Shown here: positions 50,353 through 64,000 of the stretch, piece by piece
Layout of the letters: every line of letters starts with the position of its first letter
How positions within the stretch are numbered: position 1 is the first letter of the stretch
Source: Styela clava
Lineage: Eukaryota
Assembly (NCBI RefSeq): GCF_964204865.1
Contig: NC_135259.1
Span: 2,170,001-2,234,000 of the forward strand
Length of the DNA: 64,000 nucleotides
Reading direction: 5' to 3'
The notes under the pieces: model-generated
Told to the model about the DNA's origin: nothing
Seen by the model: only the letters and a program-made list of their open reading frames with translations
The model's database searches: none
Program-made: the position numbers and the translations under genes

Positions 50353-53300
50353 TCAATAAGCGTGTGTTTTGATATGTTTTCCCAAATATCCTCGTGTGGC
50401 AAAGCTCTTTTCACATATCTCACATTCATAGCGCTTGTCATTGAAATGAACTGCTTCTAGATGTGTCCTTAGATTACTTTGATGTTTGAACGACCTCCCA
50501 CAAATCTTGCAACCGAAAGGTTTTTCATTGGAATGTTTACTCATATGCTTATCCAGCTCAGATTTTAGTACTTTTGCAACACCACATATCTCACATTTGA
50601 TTCTGTATTCATTTGCGTGTTTTTTCAAATGCAAATTCAAATGTCCCTTTGTAGCAAATGCCTTATCACAAATGCTGCAACTGAACGGTTTTTCACCCGT
50701 ATGTTTACGCATATGTATATCCAGCTGAGATTGTACCACTTTACCCACACCGCATATTTCACATGTGACGACCCTTGTTTTGCCTGTTAAATGACGTCAT
50801 GTGATATCGTTTCAATATTTGGTAGTCTAGCAGTTTAGACGCTGCGACACGGTCGATCGGTTCTCGGGGGCAGCGTGGTCTGTTGGTGTATGCTGTGTGT
50901 GACAGATGGCAGTCGTCTGAGTGTTTCGGTTAGATTGGTGGGTTTTGAATGTCTGTGTGAATGCCTCTGGTCTTCAGGAATGTTTGTCTGTGTTGTGTGA
51001 CTGTCGGATGTTTTGTGCTGGACAGTGGGCTGACGTAGGGACCATGTCTGCATGTTATTGTTTTTACCAGTACAGTGCCATTACAGTTCATTTACCGTAG
51101 TGTTGTATTTTCAGTTTTATCGTGGAATTAGCTTCCATCAGTATTGTTCAAATGTTGTGCACCTATAGAATTGTTCATAGTTTTTATAAATGCCTGTCAT
51201 AAGTTACTTTCGGCCTGTTTTGCAAATTGCAGTAGCTAGTTCATTGTACCAGATTCTAGGGGTCATTTGGTTTTTTATTCAGAGTTGTCTGGGATTTCAG
51301 GGTTGGTCAGTGTTTTTGTTGTGTATGTGGTCTTTCTTGCATTTTACTGCCTGGTATCTGTTATTTTTATTTTATGCTTTTCGTTCCTTTGGGGAGTGTT
51401 TGGTTGTTTTGGATCGTTTACTGTTCGAGTTGTTAATAAATGACATAAAATAGCATAAAGACTTGGACTATTGAGAGAAAACTTGACGTTAGATCATATT
51501 AGAAGATATTCTGAACCTGGATAATTATTTCATACATTGCCGGTACGCTACAATTTTTGGCGAGAGCACGCCAGGATATTTTCTATGAACTATGATTTTT
51601 TTTCTCCTACTTGGACTAATGGATGATATGTCAAGGCTCTGGTCAATAACGTGCCTGTTTTGTTTTTGATTGATACCGGTGCGGGTGTCTGGCTCATTGA
51701 CACCGCTGTTTACTTGACGTTGCAGGAAGATTCGAACATTTCGGGGCTGCATCCTGTTCCAGTGCCACTCCGTACTGCCGGTTGCGAGTCATTGGTGTCT
51801 CATGGTGTACTTGATGTCAACCTGACGATTGAAAGCTGGTCTGTGGAGCATGCGGTTGTGGTCGCCGATCCAGGGTCACGTGCGGGTGTCTCGCTCATAG
51901 ACACCGCTGTTTACTTGACGTTGCGGGAAATTCGGTTCGGGTGTCTCGCTCATAGACACCGCTGTTTACTCAACGTTGCAGGAAATTCGGACATTTCAGA
52001 ACTGTATTCTTTTCCAGTACCATTGCGTACTGCCAGTGGCGAGTCGTTAGTGTCTCATGGTGCACTTGATGTCAACCTGACGATTGAAAGCTGGCCTGTG
52101 GAGCATACCGTTGCCGTCGCCGATCTAGGGTCACGGATGGACTATCTTGGCAAATTCGTCGCATCGTTTTGTTCTTGAGGGACAGGATGTTAAGGTACAG
52201 CACCAAACAGCTTCTCCCTGCTGTCATGGGACTATAGTTGAAGATGTGGTAATACCGGCCGCTCGGGACTGGTTGTTCTAGTTCAGCTACAACAGCCTTG
52301 GCCGTCCGGAGATCTAACATAGTAGCCGTTGTTGAGCCAATGGAGATATGCAGCATCAATTTGGTCGCTTCGATGACGTTTGTGGACTCAATCCAGAATG
52401 ACAAACTTTACGGATGTGTAAGCGTGAGCATGGACACTCTGTGTATTTTAAGGACATTCGTGGACATATTTTGTTTTGACTACTGCTTTTTTGTGGTTCG
52501 GATCTTTTTCTAGAGATGAAAACATCCTTTCATAATGTTTCATCTAGAAGAGGGGGGTAATGTGACGACCCTTGTTTTGCCTGTTAAATGACGTCATGTG
52601 ATATCGTTTCAATATTTGGTAGTCTAGCAGTTTAGACGCTGCGACACGGTCGATCGGTTCTCGGGGGCAGCGTGGTCTGTTGGTGTATGCTGTGTGTGAC
52701 AGATGGCAGTCGTCTGAGTGTTTCGGTTAGATTGGTGGGTTTTGAATGTCTGTGTGAATGCCTCTGGTCTTCAGGAATGTTTGTCTGTGTTGTGTGACTG
52801 TCGGATGTTTTGTGCTGGACAGTGGGCTGACGTAGGGACCATGTCTGCATGTTATTGTTTTTACCAGTACAGTGCCATTACAGTTCATTTACCGTAGTGT
52901 TGTATTTTCAGTTTTATCGTGGAATTAGCTTCCATCAGTATTGTTCAAATGTTGTGCACCTATAGAATTGTTCATAGTTTTTATAAATGCCTGTCATAAG
53001 TTACTTTCGGCCTGTTTTGCAAATTGCAGTAGCTAGTTCATTGTACCAGATTCTAGGGGTCATTTGGTTTTTTATTCAGAGTTGTCTGGGATTTCAGGGT
53101 TGGTCAGTGTTTTTGTTGTGTATGTGGTCTTTCTTGCATTTTACTGCCTGGTATCTGTTATTTTTATTTTATGCTTTTCGTTCCTTTGGGGAGTGTTTGG
53201 TTGTTTTGGATCGTTTACTGTTCGATTTGTTAATAAATGACATAAAATAGCATAAAGACTTGGACTATTGAGAGAAAACTTGACGTTAGATCATATTAGA

Positions 53301-53764
53301 AGATATTCTGAACCTGGATAATTATTTCATACATTGCCGGTACGCTACACACATTTAAACTGATATGCCTTTGTGTGCCTTCTCATATGCATGTCCAAAT
53401 TTCCTTTTAGCTTGAACTTCGTTTTGCAAATCCTGCAGTGAAATCTCTTTTCGTTTGTATGCGTGATAGAATGTGTGGTCAAATGAGATTTGCGTCCAAA
53501 TTCCCGTTGACATATTTCACACTCGATTTTTTTTGAATGACTTTTCATATGATTGCAAAGAATCTTTCCTGGCTGCTTGGGAAAATGTGATCCTAAATGT
53601 TCTTGAAAATGCTCTTTGCGGGTATATCTCTTGTCACGAATTACACATTTATGTGGGCGTTCACCAGTATGTGTTATTTCGTGTCGCTTTAGGTTGCCTT
53701 TCTGTTTAAACACTTTACCACAGAAATTACATTCATGCAATCTGTCTACTTTGGTCTTCTCCAT
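50353..53764 (-). pseudogene. C2H2 zinc-finger gene (~270 aa) disrupted by an LTR element
   Basis: Two halves (53764-53350 and 50763-50353) with HTGEKPF/HTGERPH linkers. Removing the insert and one TSD copy restores in-frame ...YQFK-CEICGVGK... Confidence 0.85.
50764..53349 (+). mobile_element. Young non-autonomous LTR retroelement (LTRs 50764-51552 and 52561-53349; ~1-kb internal region with protease remnants)
   Basis: 789-bp TG...CA direct repeats; 4-bp TSD CACA; PBS-like TGGCGAGAGC just after the 5' LTR; PPT AGAAGAGGGGGG before the 3' LTR; internal FLIDTGAGV protease motif; no RT or integrase. Confidence 0.95.
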
Positions 53765-53928
53765 ACTTCATCAAGTCAAGAACCAGACAATGAAAGTCGA
53801 TCTTTCTACTCCTTTATATATATATTTTTTTTGTATAAACGTAATCCTAACTACAGAATCAACCGCGAATGTAAAAGCAAATATTCTGCAATACTTCGCA
53901 CTTCTAATCAGAGTTGGATAAATTACAT

Positions 53929-55451
53929 CAGTGATTCTCAACCTTAGGTATGCGTATCACTAGTGGTACGCGGAAGCTTTTCAAGTGGTACGCGAGCATT
54001 ATTGCAACAATTAACTTTTGAGTTGGCTAAAATAGGGCGACAACTGCTTTATAGCGCTAGCAGCAGTTCCTGTCTTGAGAGCGCCCTCGCCCGCTACTGC
54101 ACACCTAAAACGAAACGATACGATGGACAAATCCTTTCAGCCAGTGGCGTGCCTAGAGGGGTGGGGGGGGGGGGGCAGTCGCCCCGGGCAGCACGTATAG
54201 GGGCAGCAGAACGGAACTTTAGTTTGCGTGTACACATGTTTTTCTCGACGTGTTTTTATTTAATTAGAAGCTGACATTAGGTGTTTAGACTTTTGTGACT
54301 AACTGTGGTGATGGTGAGTCAACAATGGATGTTTCCCTGACTATTGAGCCCAGAAAAACTCCCATATGCCACGATTGCAACATTTCTGATGCTCATTTTC
54401 AGTGTGGTTTCGCGAGTTAGTGCCTTGAACTGGTTTATATGTTTCAAACGATCATTCTAATTCAAAATATGTAAACCTGATATTTGAAAGTATCAGTAAA
54501 AAAGTTTAGCCTAGTTTTTCACAGTTATTTCCAGTCCAATTTTTGATTAGTAGCGATTACACTATAAGTAGACAGAATAATCGTTGAAATATTTGATCCG
54601 CACCGAAATTTCCGAAACATAACCAAAAACTGACAAATAGCACGCAAAAAGGTGAAATGTTTACAATCATGCGAGAAAATCTGTCTGTGTGGCTGCTAAA
54701 ATGTCTACTGATGCGTCGCTTTTTCGACATGGAAACGGATATTTTTCAAAAAATGTTGAAGATTTTATTGCTTTGTTTATTGGGCTCGACTGGAATGTTT
54801 TTCATACATTGTGCATTGCATATTCTTTATTATTCATAATTGGCTATTCAATTGCTAGTTGCGAACGATCTTTCTTAAAGTTGAAACAGATAAAAACATA
54901 TTTAATGTCTTCGATGTGAAATCAGGGACTGTCAAGTTTATTTTTGATCAGCATCGAAAAGGAATTCCTGACTAACGAGGTGAAAGAGCTCGTTGTTCAG
55001 ACATTTGTAGCGAATGGACATGCCTATGCTAATAAATGTGTTCGATCTTGTAAATATGAGTTTGTTTCTTAGGTTGATGATTTATTTGATAAAACAAACG
55101 TTTACATTTATTCTCATGCATAACAACGTCTATAAATTGTTCATTCCACGAATTATTTTTGAAGTTAGATATATGGGGCAGCATTATCCGAAACTCGCCC
55201 CGGGCAGCAGGAGAGTTTGGCACGCCCCTGCTTTCAGCCCTGACGGCAATCAGCGCAAATTCTCTCGTGCTTTTGCGCGCAATTAATACGTTGTTACTGC
55301 ATAAAGTAAATACGTTGAAACTTTGCACGAAGATCTAAAATGGATGCAGCGCAACTTAAATACTACAATACCGCGTTTCTTGTGCCATTGTTCCCCACTA
55401 CAAAAAGGTTTTGTCGGTGGTACGCGGCCAGTAAAGGATTGATAACCGCTG
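53929..55451. mobile_element. Outer hAT-like MITE hosting a nested hAT remnant
   Basis: CAGTGATTCTCAACC...TTGATAACCGCTG imperfect TIRs; GTGGTACGCG subterminal motifs at both ends. Confidence 0.5.
54142..55230 (+). mobile_element. Internally deleted hAT transposon with transposase C-terminal dimerisation-domain remnant
   Basis: CAGTGGCGTGCC...GGCACGCCCCTG TIRs; perfect 8-bp TSD CTTTCAGC; IASCERSFLKLKQIKTYLMSSM*..LSSL..ISIE at about 54850-54960. Confidence 0.9.
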
Positions 55452-57798
55452 AATAGCTAATACATGCGTTTATGTATATATATATATATTTGGGAAAAGC
55501 CACGCCAACCGGTGATATCGCTGGTTGTGATTTCCGTCACAAAAACCACTCTTTTGTTCAATCTTGGCCTATTTAATTCAAGATGAGAATGCTAGTATCA
55601 TGAACGGTTTCGTTACAGAAGGAATCCACGCCGGGAGCATGCAAGAGTTCGCACGAAAAGAATAAACGAACTACACAGACAACCCAAGAGTAATGAAATA
55701 TACATACAAGTGAATGTACTTGTCGCAATCTCACGGTCCCATCTCATGACATACCCTTAAAAGGTATTATCCCATATAAATCGGTACCCCAGTCGCGTAT
55801 AAAAGTTTTCGACACATCGTGCTGAGCGTAAGTTAGCGACTTCCTCCGCCATGAAGGGGAAGTGAATGTGAAAGAAACCAATGCAGCAGCTAAGGCCAGT
55901 AAAAAAAAAAAACAGGAGCAAAGAGGTGACTGGAAGCATCTGGCGCCCATCAACAGCCTAAACCTATAAAAAGTTATTGTTTTTATTCTGTCACCGATAT
56001 CAACAACGAACTGCAAACGCGTTCACCGATTTTCATGGGAGCAAAGAACAACACCAAACGTTTGACCACATGATATATTAAATAATTGTTACACACTGGA
56101 AAACTCCCACACACTTGGAACAAAAAAGTAGTCAAAACTAGCTATACTAAATCGAAGAACATACATTTTCTAATACAAGATGTATTTGCGCCACAGTATA
56201 AACAAATTAGCCTATGTAGTATTTTGGAATTAAAAAAAAAATCGCTTTTTTGTAAGTTTGAAACCCAGGCCAAAATATGGCATCAGGTCTATACGAACAG
56301 AAGGCCAAAAAAGTCAAATTTCGAAAAAATATGACATTAAGCTTCTTCAGTTTTGACTGTGGCGATATTTAAATTTAATTGGTCAAAATTGAAAATAGTT
56401 TTTTGAAATGTAAGTAGCCTTTTCAAGATTAACACTATCACCACACACTATCTAATTTCGAAACAGAATAACTTGAAGAAATATGGCATTTGCAAATTAA
56501 CCGATTGAAAAAAAAAGTTTCGAAAAGCAATTCAGACTCAACCACACTTTCCTTTATTAAATTCCACAAAGCACTATGAATATAACAGTTCTGTCATTAT
56601 TCCAAAACGAAAAATATTTCAAATTTTAAGGCATATTTACCAATAATGATAAAAACATTAAGAATGCTGTTTTTAGAAAGCCTATGCAAGACAAGGTAGT
56701 ACGCATACTTTGAGGTATCATAATCATTTAAAATTACCAATTTAAAATTTATGTTATTTATATGCCAAAATTTTGGTAAGAACAACAAATACAGCTAATT
56801 TCTACTAAAATATAGGAACTTCAATGTTCAAGACACCTTTGTATCTGGCTAACCTATCCCAGTACTGATTAATTTGACGACTGCATATTTGATAAACATG
56901 CTCTACAATTTACATTATAAAAGAAAAGATGGAGACGAAAAAGGTTGAACAATACCATGAACGATATTGCCTTGTATCACACTTAGTGAACAAGTTGAAT
57001 AGTATTATGGGTGCATTTTTGCAGAAGTTAACTAATGCATAGAACATGCAACAAATACACTAAAATTTTGACAAAATTAATTTCCATCTTTAAATATGAA
57101 AACAAAAAATTTCATTTTCTTTGTGCATAAATTATAATAAAAAAATATAATTATTTCACGAATTAAGATGCTACTCAAATCTGTTGCTCAAACTCATTTT
57201 TGCTTCTAACACAGAATACAATTTCACAGGTATTTTATTTTACTTATGTTTGTGCAAACTCACCATTTGCCATTCAACTAAAAAGAGAAGGTTAGAAACT
57301 ATACAATCATAAGACTGGAATTGTACATTGATACATAAGATTTTAGTTATTTGAATGGCGCAAGCAAAGCCTCAACGAGGCTGACCAACAACCAGTCTAT
57401 GTAAATGTCATCTAAAATATTCAAATCTGTTATGTTACTAAAATAAACTTCACGTTATGCCACATAAATAAAAGCACCTGCTCAGCACACAGAAAGCTAA
57501 CAATTAGAAAAATTCAATGAACTCAGTATGCATATCAGCATGTATTCTAGCAAAAATAGCTTTGAAGGCACCAAAAATCGACGACCTACCCAGCACCTAT
57601 TCACAAACCACCTGTTGATATACAAGATTGTTCTTCAAATTCCTAATGCTGGATTTGAAGTCACGAAATCCAGTATAAAATATTTTAGATTAGATTAATT
57701 ATATATATGCTGGCATATGTTAATAGTGATGTTATATGCAATATGTAGAAGATTAAAATCGACATATCATTCATCCATTCATGAATATAACCGCTACA

Positions 57799-60700
57799 TC
57801 ACCAAATCATATAATTTTTGTAGAGAGAAACCCATGTCATTGGAGCAACCCAATCTTTGAGTTGAGATGTTAACTCTTCGAGTTCCGGTGTTTGCTTATT
57901 GACCTTCGAGACTGCTCCAGAAGGCTTATAATGAGCAGTAAAAGCAATTTCAACTAAAGGTCCATCAATTCGCTCTGGTGTAGCAAACATAAGGGTAAAA
58001 TTCCATACTGGATGCTCAATTCCACCACCATATAGTACGAAGAACGATTCTGCAGAAACAGAAAATTGCATTGGAATCCTGAAAGGCGGTAGGTACATAA
58101 TATTTTAATTTTAAATTATTTACTTCTATCAATGGTGGTTTTGAAAATATTTCGCCAATCTCAATCAACAACAATCAATATTAAAGTTTGGAGATGACAC
58201 TTTGACATGAGTGGGTTCGCATGTATGAAGTGGAAACCAATGGTAATTCCAGCAATATTATTGCTAAAACATGTCCCTTAAAAACAACCAAATATTGCTT
58301 TGCAGTTTGCACATATTGTAATGATGCAACGAATGATTAGCATCACATGACACAGATTCCCATACTTGGTCTAAATACAACAATACAAACCATTGTGAGA
58401 ATGTTTGCTCTTTGCTTCGTTCAAATCTTGATGAAACGACCAATTCCTCAAAGATCCAGGATATACTGGTGCAATGTGAAGTGCCATGTTGGGTGGGCCT
58501 TTCACTCGAAACGTGTGCTCTACTATGTAGGCTAGAAAAAGTTGTAAAAGCATGTGAAACGAAACGCAAAAACTGATATATGCACGGGAGAAACTGGAAC
58601 AGAATTCTACAGGTATAGAATAGGCAGTACTCACGTAGTGTGTGTACCAGGTTAGGCCATATTTTTTCCCGATATTTCTTACTTTTAGTTCTAATACGAG
58701 TGGGGGATCCGTCTGTGTTAGCCAAGTGAATATCCCCCCTACCCATAGGCTTCCGTCCATTTACACAACTTGATGTAAAGTAGGCGAACAAAATTAGTTA
58801 CCTCCATATTGGTATTTGGTACACATACTTCTGGAGCGCCGGATAGCCTACAATATTTCAATAGGCCAAAATGAGGTAGCGGATGGGTTTGAACAAACAT
58901 CAATAACCTTAATTCCATTTGTAAATATGAATTATGACTGTATCAAGGCAATGCAATCAATCTTTGAGTATGAACTATAAAGATACTTTAACTACAATTA
59001 GGCAATGAACCTACTTCCATCAGATGCAGGACCATGCAATCTATTCCAATGAATATCAAAAGGATACACTTCAGTTGTCACAGATGTAGGAGGGGGTGGA
59101 GCAGGTATGTACTGATTTCGCTTCACTAATTTCATGACTGGCATGAGATGAGGAAATTCGCAGTATGTTCCTAGACATTAGAATTGATAGCTAAATATAT
59201 GAATGAGCCGGCAGAACACAAAAGTGCAGGTATTAAGTTAGAAGAAACATCAAAATTGTGATTTTATTTATAGCACGTTTCCTGTAGTTATGAGAAGCTG
59301 TATCACCAACAACAGCTGGTTTCAATGTATTGTTCACAGTATAATGATAGGAAGTATGTATTCAGCTTAATACCAGATTTGGTAAAATTATTCGCGAAAT
59401 ACCCATGGAATTACTGAAGAATTTTACATACGATAATAATTAAACAGCTTCAAAGGCCTCATCTCGTGTATTATTCGGACACTAAACACATCTAATCATT
59501 GTACAAAATTGCAGATGTTACTACCTTTACATGGCTGAATTTCAGCATCCATGATACTCTGAGGTCCAATATTATATGTTAAACCTGTATAATCCAGGTG
59601 GCAAACAAACATTCCCGAATCATTCCTGACCATATCACCATGAATATCATAAAATTCACGTTGAATATGCTGTAAAAATCAAATGAATTCAAATAATACT
59701 GAATTTGCAGTTTCCTTGAAAATTTTATCAGGCCTATCACCTGTTATAATTTTTTCAAATAATATTATAGAATTGAACAGAAAGTGCAATTTAAAAATAT
59801 ATATATTTTAGAATATATCATCACTATTGTTACACAAAAATGAATAATGTCATCACCTGCATATAAAATCTTTTGTTTGCTGGACTAATAGGATCATTAT
59901 CAAATGGAAAAGTATATCCTGAGAAACACAAGACAACTGATGTCAATAGACAAGCCGTCATGAATATGTAAAACCTAAAGAAATCACAAAAACTATGTCA
60001 AAATCCAGAATACCATGTAAATAATTAATTTTATCATACATATTTCATAAGTAACCATGTTGACTTATACCTGCATCCTCTGTTAAGCCCATTGATAGCA
60101 ATTAAAAATTGGACAAAAAAATAGCAACTTATCTTTGAAATATAAAAAAAGACCCACGCTAGAATGATGACAATAAACAACGGTACTCCCGAAGTATGTG
60201 AACCAAGAGTGCGGACACCGGAACGTTGTATGTGTATCAGATTTGGGATTAGGGCCATAATTTTATTCCAATTTTTCGTATTTCAGTTCTATTAAGAGTT
60301 CATGGAATAGCCAAGTGACTCTCGTAGTATTTGTACCTGAAATTATGGCCTAATCTTAACCTGGTACACATACTAAACGTTTCGGTGTCCGCCATCTTGG
60401 CTCACATACTTCGGGAGTACCTAAACAACAACTCACCCTTTCAAAGAATTGACAAGATAGATGGTGCAAACTTGAAAAGAGAAGACACCAATAATCGATA
60501 AACCGATAATAATAGCAATGAAAACTTCAGGAGGAACCTCTGTTCCTGATCTTCCAGCTAATGCCATGAACAGAGATCCGACAAGTAATAATTTATTGAT
60601 CAGAATTGTAGCAGGAACAATCAGAACACCAAGATACAATATTACACGATTTATACCTGGTGATCCTGTTATTATGTATATTGATAAAAAAATATTATGA

Positions 60701-63079
60701 AAAGAAATTAGTTGAAACTTGAAACATTAATAAAAGATTTTTGAATTGCCGACATTACATTGGCACTTGGCAGGTTCAGTTTACTGAAGAAATAAGAAAA
60801 GTGAAACATTAGTAAGAAATAAATAGCAATTATACTTATTCACAAATCTATATTCGTACAATACATATTATGTATAGGGTGAGATTGCCCCTGCACTTAA
60901 ATGTCTAATGCGCAATAAACCCATTCAAAGTTTAGGCAATTCTCTAAAATTTTCATTCAAAATGAACCAATAAACTATGTCATCAACATATATGTTAAAA
61001 ATTAAAATCATTATCACATCTTTAAACATGTCATTGTAAAATATATATATGCTACTTACTTGATTGGTTGCTGAAAACACTACTGCCGAGAAATCCACGA
61101 AGCATAACAGCGAATAGTATCTGCATCACAAACAAATATGAGGAACCAATATTCCTCAATTGAAAAACGACAGATGTCCACATGATTAATTCCGCATCAA
61201 AGAAAAGACTTTCTAACTTTCTAGCATCATCACCCTGTAACGTAAAAATAAGACCAGTGGATACAGGATGGAAAAATAAATGAAAAGGGATAAACACAAA
61301 AAAGAACAGAAGTGAACTGAAATTGATTTATCTATTCATTGAACATTATCATTCATAGCAGAAAGCAAAAAAAAATTTCCTACACAACACAAATATGAAT
61401 AAGTAGCCTATACATTTTATTTCTGATACATGCAAGACCAAATCACTCCTTATTTCTAAATGAAACAATTAGGATGTTGAAAGTTTGCTTAGATCATCAT
61501 TATCTATAAATCAATTTAATCATCATGTTAAAAACATATATCATATGCCAGGATCTATGAAATATAATGTACTTTCTACGAAACCAGAAAGAAATTAATG
61601 AAACAGATTTGTAGAGAGCGGTAACACAGTGATTCTAAAATGATGGGGCGCGAAGCGAATAAAAAATGTAAATATTTGTTAGGTTTGATTTTTTCTGCCC
61701 ATTTTGGATATTTACGTTGCATCCACGTATTTTCAACATGTTTTTTTGCATAAAACATACTTTCGACTTAGCTTATTGTTAGCAAGTTATTTTTGAGGTA
61801 GGGAGCGAGACTTGAAAAATTCTAAAAATGGGGCGAAGCTTGAAAAGTTCAATACCCACTGCTGTAAGATGTAGATAGTATTTTACAATGAGAAGGATAA
61901 TAATTATCACTTCCACGGCAGAAAATTGAAGAATTTACCCTGGATTTTATGTATATTCCATCCAGTATCATATCTAAGATGAGTCATCAACTAAATTCAA
62001 CTGAGAACGATAGTTTTTATTCCTTTATTTCAAAGCTTACCTTGAAAATAGTTTTTTTAGCAATGTGATGGACAGACACGAGGCCCAATAATCCAGCTGG
62101 AATGTAAAGAGCAAATGCAATGGGTGCCTGGGAATACCACATCAGAGATAGATTGTTTTTTGTCAAAAATGCTGCCAGAATAGCCAGGAATAGAAAACAT
62201 GATGCGTAACCAAGAATGTTGACAGCAACAGCCTTGATTAACTTACTGCTATATTGAAATGATGAATATCCTGTTAAAATAGGACTTGAATTAGAATAAT
62301 TAGAAAAAAACAAATTGGTGTTGTTGATGAATTAAAACCCCCAAGGCAAAGGTAAAAAAATTATTGACGGGATCTTTGTCATATATAAAGGTTTCATCAA
62401 AATTATCTTAAATTAGGCAAAGAACTGACAATCCATTTCATATTCTGCTGTGAATATAATAAAATCATATAACCTAGCTATAAATGTTTCCTTTAGACTC
62501 AGAAAGAAAATCCTCCATTCTTGAAAATATTTAATGTTTTTCAGCACATTTGCATACATCGAATTTAGCACAGTATTGACAAGAAAACATACATATACTA
62601 CTTTATGTTAATAATTGGATGATGAGAGATACGATCAACAAAGGATCTTACACATGAGTATAGACTTCAGGGTCCCATTCCCAGCTGATAAATATTCAAA
62701 CATACCACTGAGTGAGAAATAAAAAAGCTATACAATACCAGTAACTTGTGAATGAAACATTCTTCTTCCGATATAGGCAAGTACGGAAACTATTGCAAAA
62801 TAGTTGATGAATGACAGGAGACGTAGAGGTATAACTACAAGTGTCAGTCCGAGCACATCAAAGTACGCAACTTTTCCATGACGATAAGTTGCAGGATCCT
62901 TTAGAAGAGATTCTGTAGATTGTACAAAATGCCGAACAACTCCATGTATGTTTTCACCAGCTCGTTGAATACACCCAGGTTGAATCATGGCCGGTACATC
63001 ATGATAAGTATGATAGACGTAGCCATTTCTGATATAAGCTAAGTCAACTCCGGGAATATGACCATGATCTCTGAAAATC
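57799..63079 (-). CDS. ERMP1: Endoplasmic reticulum metallopeptidase 1 (M28 family), 3' portion; 5' exons lie beyond the window
   Basis: RIFRDHGHIPGVDLAYIRNGYVYHTYHD..IQRAGEN, AYFDVLG, LMWYS, FMALAGRSGTEVPPEVF, GPPNMALH..WSF and C-terminal WVAPMTWVSLY. Exons: 63079-62739, 62270-62041, 61234-61060, 60665-60437, 59973-59857, 59669-59525, 59170-59015, 58531-58391, 58049-57799. Confidence 0.88.
60182..60421. mobile_element. Palindromic MITE (GGTGCTCC family) in an ERMP1 intron
   Basis: GGTACTCCCGAAGTATGTG...CACATACTTCGGGAGTACC TIRs. Confidence 0.8.
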
Positions 63080-64000
63080 CTGTTAAACCAAAATAAATTC
63101 AAAATCGAATAATCGAAACATTCCAATTCGAAATTCGATTCAAAAATAAAATATTCGAAACTTACATCCCTACTAATAACAAATGATGTGCAAAACAAAG
63201 GGCGGTCGTGAGGATATTTTCGCTTTATGTAGCTAATTTTAGCGATTCGCAAATTCGAATATTTGGTTCGCTTGGACAGCCCTAATTAACACTCAAAACT
63301 GATTTACAAGTCATGAACTTGCGAAGAAATAAATATGACGGATGATTATATTTGAAAAAGTAGCAAAATCTGAGAATTTTTCCTGTGAATGAAACAGCTA
63401 TGTTGAACAGTAGGGATGAGTAATTCAAAATATCAAATCCGCATCAGAGTTCTCCTGAAAATCAAGATGTGAACCACAAAACAGACGCCGTTATATGCTT
63501 TAATTAAATAATCTAATTAAATAATTTAATACAAACAAACTAAACAAAAAACTTTGTGCGTAACAAGAATTAATTGGGGAGAACCTAAAGAATATGTATT
63601 GAGTTTCCGTCGACCTAGAGTCCATTTATGTTATGTTATATTATGCTTCATTTGTTCAGGTCTAATAGGTCCTGCTACGGATTTGCGTTCCCATTTTTTG
63701 TACCCTACTGTTTGCCGTGAAAGTGTATGATGGAAATCCAAATTTAAAAAACAATACGTAATTACTACTTACTAGGACTGATAATTTTAGTGTCATTACT
63801 TTAACCGTTACCCAAGCAAAATTGCCTGATATCTAAAGTAGAATCGAAGATAATGAGGAAATAAATCACAACCACCCTCAGTTTTATCTGTAAAATATAT
63901 TTGGCCAAAGAATTTGGAAAAAAGGGACTGAGTTTGACATCCATAGCATGCTTCACTATGAAAAACAAGCATGAACCAGATAACAAATTTTAAATTACAA

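Noticed and set aside
50835-53250. Duplicated 72-aa and 87-aa ORFs
   Set aside because: They lie wholly within the two LTRs and are incidental frames.
55744-56016. Short overlapping ORFs downstream of ERMP1
   Set aside because: No motif, splice or homology support visible.

Overview
AT-rich, intron-containing animal DNA from an invertebrate. An ascidian is my guess from gene content and style; the sequence alone does not prove it. Left to right: (1) a 16-exon minus-strand gene (13872->1956, 1213 aa by my manual splice model) encoding a signal peptide, a TSP1 repeat and a full-length bacterial-type VioB/RebD/StaD-like (chromopyrrolic-acid / imino-arylpyruvate dimer synthase family) protein with a C-terminal ferritin-like domain. 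This is the stand-out feature and looks like a domesticated, secreted, horizontally acquired enzyme. (2) A ~12 kb cluster of decayed Gypsy LTR retrotransposons, with a THAP pseudogene and Tc1/mariner-type excision footprints. (3) A plus-strand adhesion GPCR with four SRCR domains, GAIN/GPS and 7TM. (4) A C2H2 zinc-finger ORF split by a very young non-autonomous LTR element with 789-bp LTRs. (5) The 3' part of ERMP1. Many hAT- and mariner-type MITEs are interspersed. All splice models and family assignments were made by eye from motifs; no database searches were run.
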